This document shows, in pieces, positions 12,383 through 24,705 of a stretch of 64,000 bases of DNA. The position numbers were made by a program, and so were the translations under genes. The notes under the pieces were generated by a model that saw nothing but the letters and a program-made list of their open reading frames with translations, did no database searches and was not told where the DNA came from. Numbering within the stretch: position 1 is the stretch's first letter; each line of letters begins with the position of its first letter. The DNA is taken from contig OZ037767.1 of assembly GCA_964035545.1 (NCBI GenBank), positions 4,480,707 to 4,544,706 on the forward strand. The letters run 5' to 3'. Source of the DNA: Bugula neritina (Eukaryota; Animalia; Bryozoa).

Positions 12383-13087
12383 TTCTAATTAAAGAAAAAT
12401 TCAATAATCTATACAGGTCAAAGTTTAAGTACTGATGTAGTGAGGGAAACAAGGACAGTTGCTCTCGAAAATGTTTTAACTTACTTGAAAGCTTCGGTGA
12501 ATGCTAACTACTTTCTTTCTCTCATTTTTCCTGACTCTAGAAATGTGTGCCTCACGACAAAAATTAGCTAAATACTTGGCAGTGTTTGTGCAAATGCAGC
12601 CTATTTTGTGTATAGGAGCTAAGAAAGTAACAATGGTTGCCTGGCTACAAAATAAAGTCGATGGAATCAGTTTTTGCTACTTTCTAAGCACCTATACAAA
12701 ACATTGTTTGATATTGTTATTATATATCATGTTGATTGGTGAAAGCCAGTAAGCGTGGCTTGTAAGATGATACTTCCATTATTGAACAATATATAATGAC
12801 AATCACCATATAGTGATAAAATCAATTTTTCTTTTCAGATATTTCTATTGATCTTAATTTAGCGTTTGAAATGCTCAAGGTGTGCTTTATATGTACATTG
12901 TCAGCGAATTTGGACAATATATTTCCATGATATTGTAAACTTAAGCTGTGCTTCAGGTGTAATATCTTGTACTAATCGTAACATATATTTGTACATATGA
13001 CTATATGTCATATTTTTGCTAAATATTTCGCTGCTTATCTAATAATTTTAGTATGCTTAATAAAATATTAGTTATATTTGTACATAT

Positions 13088-13503
13088 TGTAATGGATTTC
13101 AGTAGTGCAATTAACAATTAGTTTATATATCGAAAGGGTCGACTCTATGTTGTATATTATTGTGGAGGTCGACTACATCGACTCCCAGCCGACTTACATC
13201 TTATGGTCGACAGTGGCACCACTAATACCAGCCAATCAGGAAGGACTGTTAATTGATAGCAGGTGGAGCTAGCTACTCGTAGTGGAAGCACGCTGAGTAG
13301 CTAGCCGGGCAGAGCAGCTTGGGACTTCGCTTAGAGTAGTTGTGTGCAAAGTGCTCATTATTATGTAATCGTACAATTCATGTTAGTAGTAATTCAATTC
13401 TTGTATCTTGTAAATAATAAACTTGTTATAACGTAAATAACCTGGTGTAGTAGCTTTGTATAAGTCGACCCACATAATATAGTGAATTGAGAAATTCACT
13501 ACA
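13088..13503. mobile_element. Solo LTR (416 bp), probably Ty3/Gypsy-type
   Basis: TG...CA ends with an imperfect terminal IR (TGTAATGGATTTC / GAAATTCACTACA) and a 4-bp TSD ATAT. Contains CCAAT and AATAAA. Paralogous spacers show the empty site gtacatatcttt. Confidence 0.85.
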
Positions 13504-14097
13504 ATATCTTTGTGATATTTGCTGTATAATCAATACAATTGCCTTTTGTTTTAAGAGATTAAAATAAAGTTGAAAGTTTGTAAGTTTTGCAGTAAAAAGA
13601 ATAAAAATTAGCAACAAACTAGTGGGTTTAATCAAAGGGGTGGTTAAATAGTTTTATCATCTATAAAGAAATATACATCAATAGTAATTTATTCATCCTG
13701 ATTTTAGATCTTGCAGAACTTTAACAACTAGTAGGATTTGTACTTGCAATAAAACCTAAAAGTCATTCATTGAAATATTTTTGTTTAATGGTGCCTTTAT
13801 AAAAAATTAAATCATACAAATTTAATCAGTTCTAGCTCACCATAATATTGGGGATAAAAGCAATATATTGTATTTCTACGCTTGATAAATACAATATGTT
13901 CATTAGCCATTCAAATCTAGTTTACAGAAGTAAAAATATACAATTTATAGGCATATGTGACTATAAAATAATAATGCATTGCAGTAAAAGGTGCAGTTTA
14001 CCTCATTTAAATCATCAACACTTAAAATTTAAGAATTTGAATGCAAAAATAGTTGTAATGAAGAGTAAGTAACTCTAATTATCTGCATGCCAATTGA

Positions 14098-16578
14098 TCA
14101 CGGAGCGCTGCCCGCAGCATTCTGTATGTCCAGCAGCTGACGGTACTGTGCAGGAGACAGTCTCCGACACATAGAAGCAAGTGTGTCTGTATAACCACCA
14201 TGTGCTAACAGATGAGCAGCTGTGTCACCATCTTCATCCTGAATTGAGAGAATGTCTAGTAGGTCAGCAACAGCGAGCTTGTTGGTCATAGCTTTCAATG
14301 TCTCCCCATAACCGCTATCTGCTGCATAGTGTAGAGGAGTTTTACCATCTCTATTCTGCAAACGGAGTTGTCTGACCAAGTCTGGTGTTGAGACGGAGTT
14401 TACTATGTATTCTACTGTTTCTGTGTGACCTCTGTCTGCTGCACAGTGTAGAGCTGTGTTACTGTTTATATTCTGCAGTTGAAGGAGCTCAAGTGTTTCA
14501 GGTACAGATAAAACAGATAGCATACGTTGGATTATTTGTGTATAGCCTTTGTAAGCTGAATCGCGGAGAGCAGTACTACCAGAGTTATCTTGTATGCTGA
14601 TCAAGCTGAATCGGTCCAGTGCTGGTACACAGTCTAATATACAGTTCAATATTTCTAAACAGTTGTTTTCTGCTGCATTGTGTATGGTTGTTTTACCTTC
14701 TTGGTCAGCAATACTGAGTAATTTGTTTGCGGCATTTGGGGATATCTTCTTTATTATACACTTCAGAAGTTTTGTATGACCTTTGTGTACAGCAATATGC
14801 ATAGCTGTGTTACCATAAATGTTCCTCATAGCAACCAGTTTATAAAAATCAGCTGCAGATATAGCATCTACGATATGTCTCAGAGATTCAGTATTACCTA
14901 AAGAAGCTATGTCATGCATAGCTGTATAGCCTTTACTATTCTGCATGGCAAGTAACTTGAATAACTCGTCTGCTGGTACAATGTCTGCCATACATTTTAT
15001 TATTTCTGGATGACCTTGATATACGGCACAGAGTAGAACTGTATTACCATCCTTGTTCTCGATGCTAAGCAATTCAAGCAATGCTTCGGTCTTTACTAAA
15101 TCTATTACTTGTTTCAGTATTTCTGTTTGATCATTGAATGCTGCCAAGTTCACAGCTGTGTTGCCATGATAGTCCTTCATAGCGAGCAGTTTATAAAAAT
15201 CATCTGCAGATATAGCATCTACGATATGTCTCAGAGATTCAGTATTACCTAAAGAAGCTATGTCATGCATAGCTGTATAGCCTTTACTATTCTGCGTGGC
15301 AAGTAACTTGAGTAACTCATCTGCTGGTACAGTGTCTGCTATACATTTTAATATTTCTTGATGACCTTGATATGCTGCGCAGATTAGAACTGTATTACCA
15401 AAATTATTCGCAATGTTGAGCAGTTCAAGTAATTCCGTGGTGGTTACCAAATCTATTACCTGTTTCAGTATTTTTGTTTGACCATTGAACGTTGCTAAGT
15501 TCACAGCTGTGTCACCATGAAGGTCCTTCATAGCGAGCAGTTTATAGCAATCATCTGCAGATATAGAATCTATGATGTGTTTTAGAGATTCAGCATTACC
15601 CGCAGACGCTATGCTATGTACAGCTGTATAGCCATACTTATTCTGTATGGCAAGTAACTTGAGTAACTCATCTGCTGGTACACTGTCTACTATACATTTT
15701 ATTATTTCCGGATGACCTTGATATGCAGCACAGAGTAGAACTGTATTACCATCTTCATTCTCGATGCTAAGCAATTCAAGCAATGCTTCAGTCTTTATTA
15801 AATCTATTACCTGTTTCAGTATTTCTGTTTCACCATTGAGCGCTGTCAAGCTCACAACTGTGTCACCATAGTGGTTCTTCATAGCGAGCAGTTTATGAAA
15901 ATCATCTGCAGATATAGAATCTACGATATGTTTCAGAGATTCAGTATTACTCGAAAAAGCTATATCATGCATAGCTGTATAACCTTTACTATTCTGCATG
16001 GCAAGTAACTTGAATAACTCATCTGCTGGTACAATATCTGCCATACATTTTAATATTTCTGGATGGCCTTGATATGTGGCACAATGTAATGCTGTATTAC
16101 CAAAGCTATTCTTGATGCTGAATATTGTATTTAATGTATCAGCTGAGAAATGGTTTTTGATACATTTCACTATCTCTGCATGACCATAGTATGCTGCACA
16201 ATGTATTGCTGTATTACCTCTCCCATTCTTAGTGCTAAGCAATTTCAGTGAGTCTGCTGCTGGTACTGCATCTATTATCTGTTTTAGTATGTCTGCTTGA
16301 TTGTTGTATGCTGCATAATGTACAGGTGTTTCATCCTCCCTATTTTGTATAGTAAGCAGACAATATAAGTCATGTTCTGTTACCAAGTCTATCACATGCT
16401 TCACTATTTCAGTGTAGCCGTTCCGTACAGCGTTGTGTAAAATTGTCCAGTTATTGCGACCTTTCTCCCTCAGCACACTGAACCGACCTGTGTCTGGAAG
16501 TGCAGCTAGTTTCTCCCTGAACTGTTCTGGGCTGCACCAAAGTTTCCTTAAATCTTCGTATAACTGATGAGTTGACAT
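14098..16578 (-). CDS. Ankyrin-repeat protein, array copy 5 (826 aa)
   Basis: Uninterrupted ORF, conserved ATG at 16578. Confidence 0.9.
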   Translation of the reverse strand: MSTHQLYEDLRKLWCSPEQFREKLAALPDTGRFSVLREKGRNNWTILHNAVRNGYTEIVKHVIDLVTEHDLYCLLTIQNREDETPVHYAAYNNQADILKQIIDAVPAADSLKLLSTKNGRGNTAIHCAAYYGHAEIVKCIKNHFSADTLNTIFSIKNSFGNTALHCATYQGHPEILKCMADIVPADELFKLLAMQNSKGYTAMHDIAFSSNTESLKHIVDSISADDFHKLLAMKNHYGDTVVSLTALNGETEILKQVIDLIKTEALLELLSIENEDGNTVLLCAAYQGHPEIIKCIVDSVPADELLKLLAIQNKYGYTAVHSIASAGNAESLKHIIDSISADDCYKLLAMKDLHGDTAVNLATFNGQTKILKQVIDLVTTTELLELLNIANNFGNTVLICAAYQGHQEILKCIADTVPADELLKLLATQNSKGYTAMHDIASLGNTESLRHIVDAISADDFYKLLAMKDYHGNTAVNLAAFNDQTEILKQVIDLVKTEALLELLSIENKDGNTVLLCAVYQGHPEIIKCMADIVPADELFKLLAMQNSKGYTAMHDIASLGNTESLRHIVDAISAADFYKLVAMRNIYGNTAMHIAVHKGHTKLLKCIIKKISPNAANKLLSIADQEGKTTIHNAAENNCLEILNCILDCVPALDRFSLISIQDNSGSTALRDSAYKGYTQIIQRMLSVLSVPETLELLQLQNINSNTALHCAADRGHTETVEYIVNSVSTPDLVRQLRLQNRDGKTPLHYAADSGYGETLKAMTNKLAVADLLDILSIQDEDGDTAAHLLAHGGYTDTLASMCRRLSPAQYRQLLDIQNAAGSAP

Positions 16579-18166
16579 TTCTAAATTTAAAAATTCAATG
16601 CCATGTGCAGTTCGAGTACTGATGTAGCCATGTAAATATGGCCAGTTTCTCACGAAAATATTTTAACTTACTTGAAAGCTTCGGTGAATGCTAACTTCTT
16701 TATTTTTCTCATTTTTCTTACTCTGGAAATGTGTGTCTCACAATAACAATTAGGTAAATATTTGGTGCAAATGCAGCCTATTCTGTGTATAGGAGCTAAG
16801 AGAGTAACAATGGTTGTCTGGATACAAAATAAAATCAATGGATTTATAATTGTTGCTGCTTTCTAAGCACCTATATATGATGTTAATGATTGTTATTATA
16901 TATCATGATTAAAAATGGTGAAGAAATCCAATAATGCAGTATTTCTTTATGGTTTGCAAGATAATATTTCTATTATTGAACATTATATAATAACAATCAT
17001 CATGTAGTGATAAAATCAATCTTTCTCTTTCAGATATTTCTATTGATCTTAATTTAGCGTTTAAAATGATGATCAAGATGTGCATTGTATGTACATTGTC
17101 AGCTAATTTGGACAATATATTTCCATGATGTTGCAAAGTTGCGCTGTGCTTCAGGTGTAATATTTTGCACTGATCTTAACATATATTTGTACATATGACT
17201 TTATGCTATAGTTTTGCTAATTTATATTTTGTTGCTTACCCAATTGTAGTATGTTTATTTTGTTATTTTTATATTTGTGTATATCTTTCCAATATTTGCT
17301 GCATAATCAAGGCAATTGTTTTTTGTTTCAACCAATTAAAATAAAGTTGAAGGTTTATAAGTTTTGCAACAAAAAGAATAAAAATTAGCAACAAACTAGT
17401 GGGTTTAATCAAAGAGAGGTTAAATAGTTTTATCATCTTTAAAGAAATGTACATCAATAATAATTTATACATCATAATTTTAAATGCAAAACTTCAACAA
17501 CTAGTATTTGCACTTGCAATAAAACATTAAAAATTAAACACTGAAATATTTTTGTGTAATGGTACTTTTATAAAAAATTAAATAATAATAATTGCATCAG
17601 TGCTAGCCCATCATAATTTTTTGGAAAAAAAAAACAAATAAATTGTGTCTCTAAATTATTGATGAATACAATGTGTTCATTCGCTATTCAAATATAGTTT
17701 ACAGAAGCAAAGAATACGACTTTAGGATATACATATGTGAATATAAAATAATGATATGTAGCACTAAAAATTGCATGCATATACCCCATTCAAAATCATT
17801 GTATTAACAATACTTAATATTTATGATATGATTGCAAAAATAGTTATAATGAAGAGTAATTAAATCTAAGAAAAGAAACCCCTTGTTCTACAAAAAACAC
17901 ATAGTTTAGAATCTAGTTCTCAATTAGCAGAAATAATTTCAATCAAAGTCAATGAGTCCAATTTCGTAAAGGGCAAAAAGCTGAAAAATTAGTTCAAATT
18001 CATTGCTATTAAGAAATTAAATTATTTTAATTCAACTGCAAAACTGAAACTAAAAATAGGTGCTGATATTTTCCAAATTGCAGCGTAAAATTGTTTACAT
18101 AACAGCCAGTGGATTAACAACAGTGTCTAATTTGTATGCAGACTTACAATAAATGCAGCATTATAT

Positions 18167-20586
18167 TCATGATAATTGATCACTGAGTGCTGCCTGCAGC
18201 GTTCTGTAAGCTATGTCTAGCAGCTGACGGTACTGTGTAGGAGACAGTCTCCGACACATAGAAGCAAGTGTGTCTGTATAACCACCATGTGTTGACAGAT
18301 GAGCAGCTGTGTCACCTTCTTTATCCTGAATTGAGAGAATGTCTATTAGGTCAGCGACAGCGAGCTTGTTGGTCATAGCTTTCAATGTCTCCCCATAACC
18401 GCTATCTGCTGCATAGTGTGGAGGAGTTTTATCATCTCTATTCTGGAAACGGAGTTGTCTGACCAAGTCTGGTGTTGAGACGGAGTTTACTATGTATTCT
18501 ACTGTCTCTGTATGACCTCTGTCTGCTGCACAGTGTAGAGCTGTGTTACTGTTTATATTCTGCAGTTGAAGGAGCTCAAGTGTTTCAGGTACAGATAAAA
18601 CAGATAGCATACATTGGATTATTTGAGTATAGCCTTTGTAAGCTGAATTGTGGAGAGCAGTACTACCAGATTTATCTTGTATGCTGATCAGGCTGAATCG
18701 GTCCAGTGCTGGTACACAGTCTAATATATACAGTTCAGTATTTCTAACCGGTTGTTTTCTGCTGCATTGTGTGTGATTGTTTGACCTTCTTGGTCAACAA
18801 TTTTGAATAATTTGCTTGCTTCTTCTGGGGATATCTTGTTTATTATACACTTCAGAAATTCTGTATGACATTTATGTACAGCAATATGTATAGCTGTGTT
18901 GCCATGATGGTCCTCCATAGCGATCAGTTTATAAAAATCATCAGCAGATATAGAATCTACGATATGCCTCAGAGAATCAACATTACCTGAAGAAGCTGTG
19001 CTATGCATAGCTGTATAACCTTTACTATTCTGCATGGCAAGTAACTGGAGTAGCCCATCCTTGTTCTCGATGTTGAATAATTCAAGTAATTTTGCGGTCG
19101 TTACTAAATCTATTACCTGTTTCAGTATTTCTGTTTGGCCTTTAGATGCTGCTAAGTTCACAGCTGTGTCACCATGATGGTCCTCCATAGCGAGCAGTTT
19201 ATAGCAATCATCTGCAGATATAGAATCTACGATATGCCTCAGAGATTCAACATTACCTGAAGAAGCTATGCTGTGCATAACTGTATAACCTTTACCATTC
19301 TGCATGGCAAGTAACTTGAGTAACTCATCTGATGGTACAATGTCCACTATACATTGTAATATTTCTGAATGGCCTCCATTTACGGCACTGAGTAGAGCTG
19401 TATTACCAGCCTCATTCTCAATGTTGAGCAATTCAAGCAATGCTTCGGTTTTTACTAAATCTATTACCTGTTTCAGTATTTCTGTTTCACCATTGAACGC
19501 TGCTAAGTTCACAGCTGTGTCACCATGATGGTTCTTCATAGCAAGCAGTTTATAAAAATCATCTGCAGATACAGAATCTATGATATGTCTCAGAGATTCA
19601 GTATTACCTAAAGAAGCTATGTCATGCATAGCTGTATAACCTTTACCATTCTGCATGGCAAGTAACTTGAGTAACTTATCTGCGGGTACAATGTCTACTA
19701 TACATTTTAATATTTCTGAATGGCCTTTATATGTGGCACAGAGTAGAACTGTATTACCATCTATGTTCTCAATGTTGAGCAATTCAAGCAATTCCTCGGT
19801 GGTTACTAAACCAATTACCTGTTTCAGTATTTCTGTTTGGCCATTGAATGCTGCCAAGTTCACAACTGTACCGCCACGATGGTCCTTCATAGCGAGCAGT
19901 TTATAGCAATCATCTGCAGATATAGAATCTACGATGTGCTTCAGAGATTCAGTATTACCTGAAGAGGCTATGCTGTGTATAGCTGTAAAACCATACTCAT
20001 TCTGCATGGCAAGTAACTTGAGTAACTCATGTGATGGTACAATGTCCACTATACATTTTATTGTTTCTGGATGACCTTTATGTGTGGCACAATGTATAAC
20101 TGTATTACCAACTTCATTCTTGATGCTGAATATTGTGTTTAATACATCAGCTAAGAAATAGTCTTTTATACATTCAACTATCCCTGCATGACCATAGTAT
20201 GCTGCACAATGTATTGCTGTATTACCTCTATCATTCCTAGTGCTAAGCAATTTCAGTGAGTCTTCTGCTGGTACTGCATCTATTATCTGTTTTATTATGT
20301 CTGCTTGATTGTTGTATGCTGCAAAATGTACAGGTGTTTCAGCTTCCCTATTTTGTATAGTAAGCAAACAATATAATTCAGTTGCAGTTACCAAGTCTAT
20401 CACATGCTTCACTATTTCAGTGTAGCCGTTCCGTACAGCGTTGTGTAAGGTTGTCCAGCTATTGCGACCTCTCTCACTCAGCACACTGAACCGATCTGTG
20501 TCTGGAAGCGCAGCTAGTTTCGCCCTGAACTGCTCTGGGCTGTACCAAAGTTCCCTTAGATCTTCGTATAACTGATGAGTTGACAT
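18167..20586 (-). pseudogene. Ankyrin-repeat gene copy 6, frameshifted (621-aa truncated ORF plus orphan C-terminal part)
   Basis: 2-bp TA insertion near 18725 (ctaatatatacag vs ctaatatacag/ctaatatgcag in paralogs) gives a stop at 18721. The downstream part has substitutions at otherwise invariant residues (DDKTPPHY vs DGKTPLHY). Confidence 0.8.
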
Positions 20587-22215
20587 TTCTAATTTTAAAA
20601 ATTCAATACTCTGTACAGGTCAAAGTTTAAGTAATTTTGTAGCCATGGAAACATGGCCAGTTTCTGTCAAAAATGTTTTAACTTTCTTGAAAGCTTCGGT
20701 GAATGCTAAATTTTTTCTTTTTCTCATTTTTCTGACTCTAGGAATGTGGGTCTCACAATAACATTTAGGTAAATACTTGGTGCAACTGCAGCCTATATTT
20801 TGTGTATAGGAGCTAAGAAAGTAACAATGGTTGTCTGGCTACAAAATAAAATCAATGAATTTATAATTGTTGCTACTTTCTAAGCACCTATACAAAACAT
20901 AGGTTGATGATTATTATTATATATCATGGTTAATGGTGAAGAAATCCAATAGCGCAGTATTTATTTATGGCTTGCAGATAATACTTCTATTATTGAACAT
21001 TATATAATAACAATCATCGTATAGTGATAAAATCAATCTTTCTTTTTCAGATATTTCTATTGATCTTAATTTAGCATTTATAATGATGCTCAAGATGTGC
21101 TTTGTATGTACATTGTCAGGTAATATGGACAATATAATGTTTCCATAAGATGTGCTTTGTATGTACATTGTCAGCTAATAGAGGCAATATATATTTCTAT
21201 GATATTGTAAACTTGAGCTGTAATATCTTGCACTGGTCTTTGTACATGTGACTTTTATGTCATATTTTTGCTAAATATTTTGTTGCTTATCCAATATGCT
21301 TACTCTATTATTTATATCTGTACATATCTTTCTTATATTTGCTATATATTCAATGCAATTGTCATTTGTTTCAAGAGATTCAAATAAAGTTGAAGGTTTA
21401 TAAGTTTTGCAAGGAAATGAATAAAAATTAGCAACAAACTAGTGGGTTTAATCAAGGGGTGGTTAAATAGTTTTATCATCTATAAAGAAATATACATCAA
21501 TAATAATTTATACATCAAAATCTTAAATGCTAAACTTTAACAATTAGTAGTATTTGCCCTTGCAATAAAACCTTAAAAATCAAACACTGAAATATTTTTG
21601 TGTAATGGTGCTTTTATAAAAAATTAAATATCGATAATTGCATCAGTGCTAGCTCGTCATAATCTTTTGGAAAACAAACAGTAAATTGTGTCTCTAAACT
21701 ATTGATAAATACAATGTGTTCATTCGCTATTCAAATACAGTTTACAGAAGAAAAAAATACAACTTTAGGATATACATATGTGAATATAAAATAATGATGC
21801 ATAGCACTAAAAAGTGCATGCGTTTACCCCATTTTAAATCATTGTATCACCAACACTTTGATTGCAAAAATAGTTATAATGAAGAGTAATTAAATCTAAG
21901 AAAAGAAACCCCTTGTGCTACAAAAACACATAATTTAGAATCTAGTTCTCAGTTAGCAGAAATATTTTCAATCAAAGTCAATGAGTCTGATTCCGTAGAA
22001 AGAAAAATGGTGAAAAATTATTTCAAATTTAAAGCTATTAAGAAATTAAATTATTTTAATTCAACTGCAGATCTGAAATCAAAAATAGGTGTTGAGATTT
22101 TCTAAATTGCAGCGTAAAATTGTTTATATAACAGCCAATGGAAATTAACAACAGTGTCTAGTTTCAGGAGTTTGTATGCAGATTTACAATAAACGCTGCA
22201 TTATCTTCATGATGA

Positions 22216-24705
22216 TTAATCACTGAGTGCTGCCAGCAGCGTTCTATAAGCTATGTCCAGCAGCTGACGGTACTGTGCAGGAGACAGTCTCCGACACACA
22301 GAAGCAAGTGTCTCTGTATAACCACCACGTGTTAACAGATGAGCAGCTGTGTCACCTTCTTTATCCTGAATTGAGAGAATGTCTATTAGGTCAGCGACAG
22401 CGAGCTCATCAGTCATAGCGTTCAATGTCTCCCCATAACCGCTATCTGCTGCATAGTGTAGAGGAGTTTTACCATCTCTATTCTGCAAACGGAGTTGTCT
22501 GACCAAGTCTGATGTTGAGACAGAGTTTACTATGTATTCTACTGTCTCTGTATGACCTCTGTCTGCTGCACAGTGTAGAGCCGTGTTGCTGTTTATATTC
22601 TGCAGTTGAAGTAGCTTAAGTGTTTCAGGTGCAGATAAAGTAGATAACATGCATTGGATTATTTGAGTATAGCCTTTGTAAGCTGAATTGTGGAGAGCAG
22701 TGCTACCAGAGTTATCTTGTATGCTGAGCAGGCTGAATCGGTCCAGTGCTGGTACACAGTCTAATATGCAGTTCAATATTTCTAAACGGTTGTTTTCTGC
22801 TGCATTGTGTATGACTGTTTTACCTTCCGGATCAGCAATGCTGAATAATTTGTTTGTGACATTTGGGGATATGTTGTCTATTATACATTTCAGAAGTTTT
22901 GTATGACCTTTGTGTACAGCAATATGCATAGCTGTGTTACCATAAATGTTCCTCATAGCAACCAGTTTATAAAAATCAGCTGCAGATATAGCATCTACGA
23001 TATGTCTCAGAGATTCAGTATTACCTAAAGAAGCTATGTCATGCATAGCTGTATAGCCTTTACTATTCTGCATGGCAAGTAACTTGAATAACTCGTCTGC
23101 TGGTACAATGTCTGCCATACATTTTATTATTTCTGGATGACCTTGATATACGGCACAGAGTAGAACTGTATTACCATCCTTGTTCTCGATGCTAAGCAAT
23201 TCAAGCAATGCTTCGGTCTTTACTAAATCTATTACTTGTTTCAGTATTTCTGTTTGACCATTGAATGCTGCCAAGTTCACAGCTGTTTTGCCATGATAGT
23301 CCTTCATAGTGAGCAGTTTATAAAAATCATCTGCAGATATAGCATCTACGATATGTCTCAGAGATTCAGTATTACCTAAAGAAGCTATGTCATGCATAGC
23401 TGTATAGCCTTTACTATTCTGCGTGGCAAGTAACTTGAGTAACCCATCTGCTGGTACACTGTCTACTATACATTTTACTATTTCTTGATGACCTTGATAT
23501 GCTGCGCAGATTAGAACTGTATTACCAAAATTATTCGCAATGTTGAGCAGTTCAAGTAATTCCGTGGTGGTTACCAAATCTATTACCTGTTTCAGTATTT
23601 TTGTTTGACCATTGAACGTTGCTAAGTTCACAGCTGTGTCACCATGAAGGTCCTTCATAGCGAGCAGTTTATAGCAATCATCTGCAGATATAGAATCTAT
23701 GATGTGTTTTAGAGATTCAGCATTACCCGCAGACGCTATGTCATGCACAGCTGCATAACCATACTTATTCTGTGTGGCAAGTAACTTGAGTAACTCATCT
23801 GCTGGCACAATGTCTGCTATACATTTTATTATTTCTGGACGACATCTACGTGTGGCACAGAGTAGAGCTGTATTACCATCCTTATTCTCAATGTTGAGCA
23901 ATTCAAGTAATACCGTGGCAGTTACTAAATCTATCACCTCTTTCAGTACTTCTGTTTGACCATTGAACGCTGCCAAGCTCACCACTGTGTCACCATGGTG
24001 GTCCTTCATAGTGAGCAGTTTATAGCAATCACCTGCAGATATAGAATCTACGATGTGTTTCAGAGATTCAGTATTACTCGAAAATGCTATACTGTGCATA
24101 GCTGTATAACCTTTACTATTCTGCACGGCAAGTAACTTGAGTAACTCATCTGCTGGTACAATGTCTGCCATACATTTTAATATTTCTGGATGACCTTGAT
24201 ATGTGGCACAATGTAATGCTGTATTACCAAAGCTATTCTTGATGCTGAATATTGTATTTAATGTATCAGCTGAGAAATGGTTTTTGATACATTTCACTAT
24301 CTCTGCATGACCATAGTATGCTGCACAATGTATTGCTGTATTACCTCTCCCATTCTTAGTGCTAAGCAATTTCAGTGAGTCTGCTGCTGGTACTGCATCT
24401 ATTATCTGTTTTAGTATGTCTGCTTGATTGTTGTATGCTGCATAATGTACAACTGTTGCGGCTTTCTCATTTTGTATAGTGAGCAGACGATATAAGTCAT
24501 GTTCTGTTACCAAGTCTATCACATGCTTCACTATTTCAGGAAAGCCATTCTGTAAAGCTTTGTGTAAAAATGTCCAGCCATTGTGATCTCTCTCACTCAG
24601 CACACTAAACAGATCTGTGTATGGAAGTGAAGCTAGTTTCTCATTGAACCGCTCTGGGTTTTGACAAAGTTTCCTTAGATCTTCGTATAACTGATGAGTT
24701 GACAT
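22216..24705 (-). CDS. Ankyrin-repeat protein, array copy 7 (829 aa)
   Basis: Uninterrupted ORF, conserved ATG at 24705. Confidence 0.9.
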   Translation of the reverse strand: MSTHQLYEDLRKLCQNPERFNEKLASLPYTDLFSVLSERDHNGWTFLHKALQNGFPEIVKHVIDLVTEHDLYRLLTIQNEKAATVVHYAAYNNQADILKQIIDAVPAADSLKLLSTKNGRGNTAIHCAAYYGHAEIVKCIKNHFSADTLNTIFSIKNSFGNTALHCATYQGHPEILKCMADIVPADELLKLLAVQNSKGYTAMHSIAFSSNTESLKHIVDSISAGDCYKLLTMKDHHGDTVVSLAAFNGQTEVLKEVIDLVTATVLLELLNIENKDGNTALLCATRRCRPEIIKCIADIVPADELLKLLATQNKYGYAAVHDIASAGNAESLKHIIDSISADDCYKLLAMKDLHGDTAVNLATFNGQTKILKQVIDLVTTTELLELLNIANNFGNTVLICAAYQGHQEIVKCIVDSVPADGLLKLLATQNSKGYTAMHDIASLGNTESLRHIVDAISADDFYKLLTMKDYHGKTAVNLAAFNGQTEILKQVIDLVKTEALLELLSIENKDGNTVLLCAVYQGHPEIIKCMADIVPADELFKLLAMQNSKGYTAMHDIASLGNTESLRHIVDAISAADFYKLVAMRNIYGNTAMHIAVHKGHTKLLKCIIDNISPNVTNKLFSIADPEGKTVIHNAAENNRLEILNCILDCVPALDRFSLLSIQDNSGSTALHNSAYKGYTQIIQCMLSTLSAPETLKLLQLQNINSNTALHCAADRGHTETVEYIVNSVSTSDLVRQLRLQNRDGKTPLHYAADSGYGETLNAMTDELAVADLIDILSIQDKEGDTAAHLLTRGGYTETLASVCRRLSPAQYRQLLDIAYRTLLAALSD

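Noticed and set aside
1325-21168. Recurrent 60-100 aa ORFs in the spacers (e.g. LPDNVHTKHILS...)
   Set aside because: Frames and lengths are not conserved between spacer copies, starts are often non-ATG, and no domain is recognisable.
122-23959. Recurrent plus-strand ORFs (MASNLSNS..., MLRRSLLC...)
   Set aside because: Antisense shadows of the ankyrin CDSs; they recur only because the genes are repeated.
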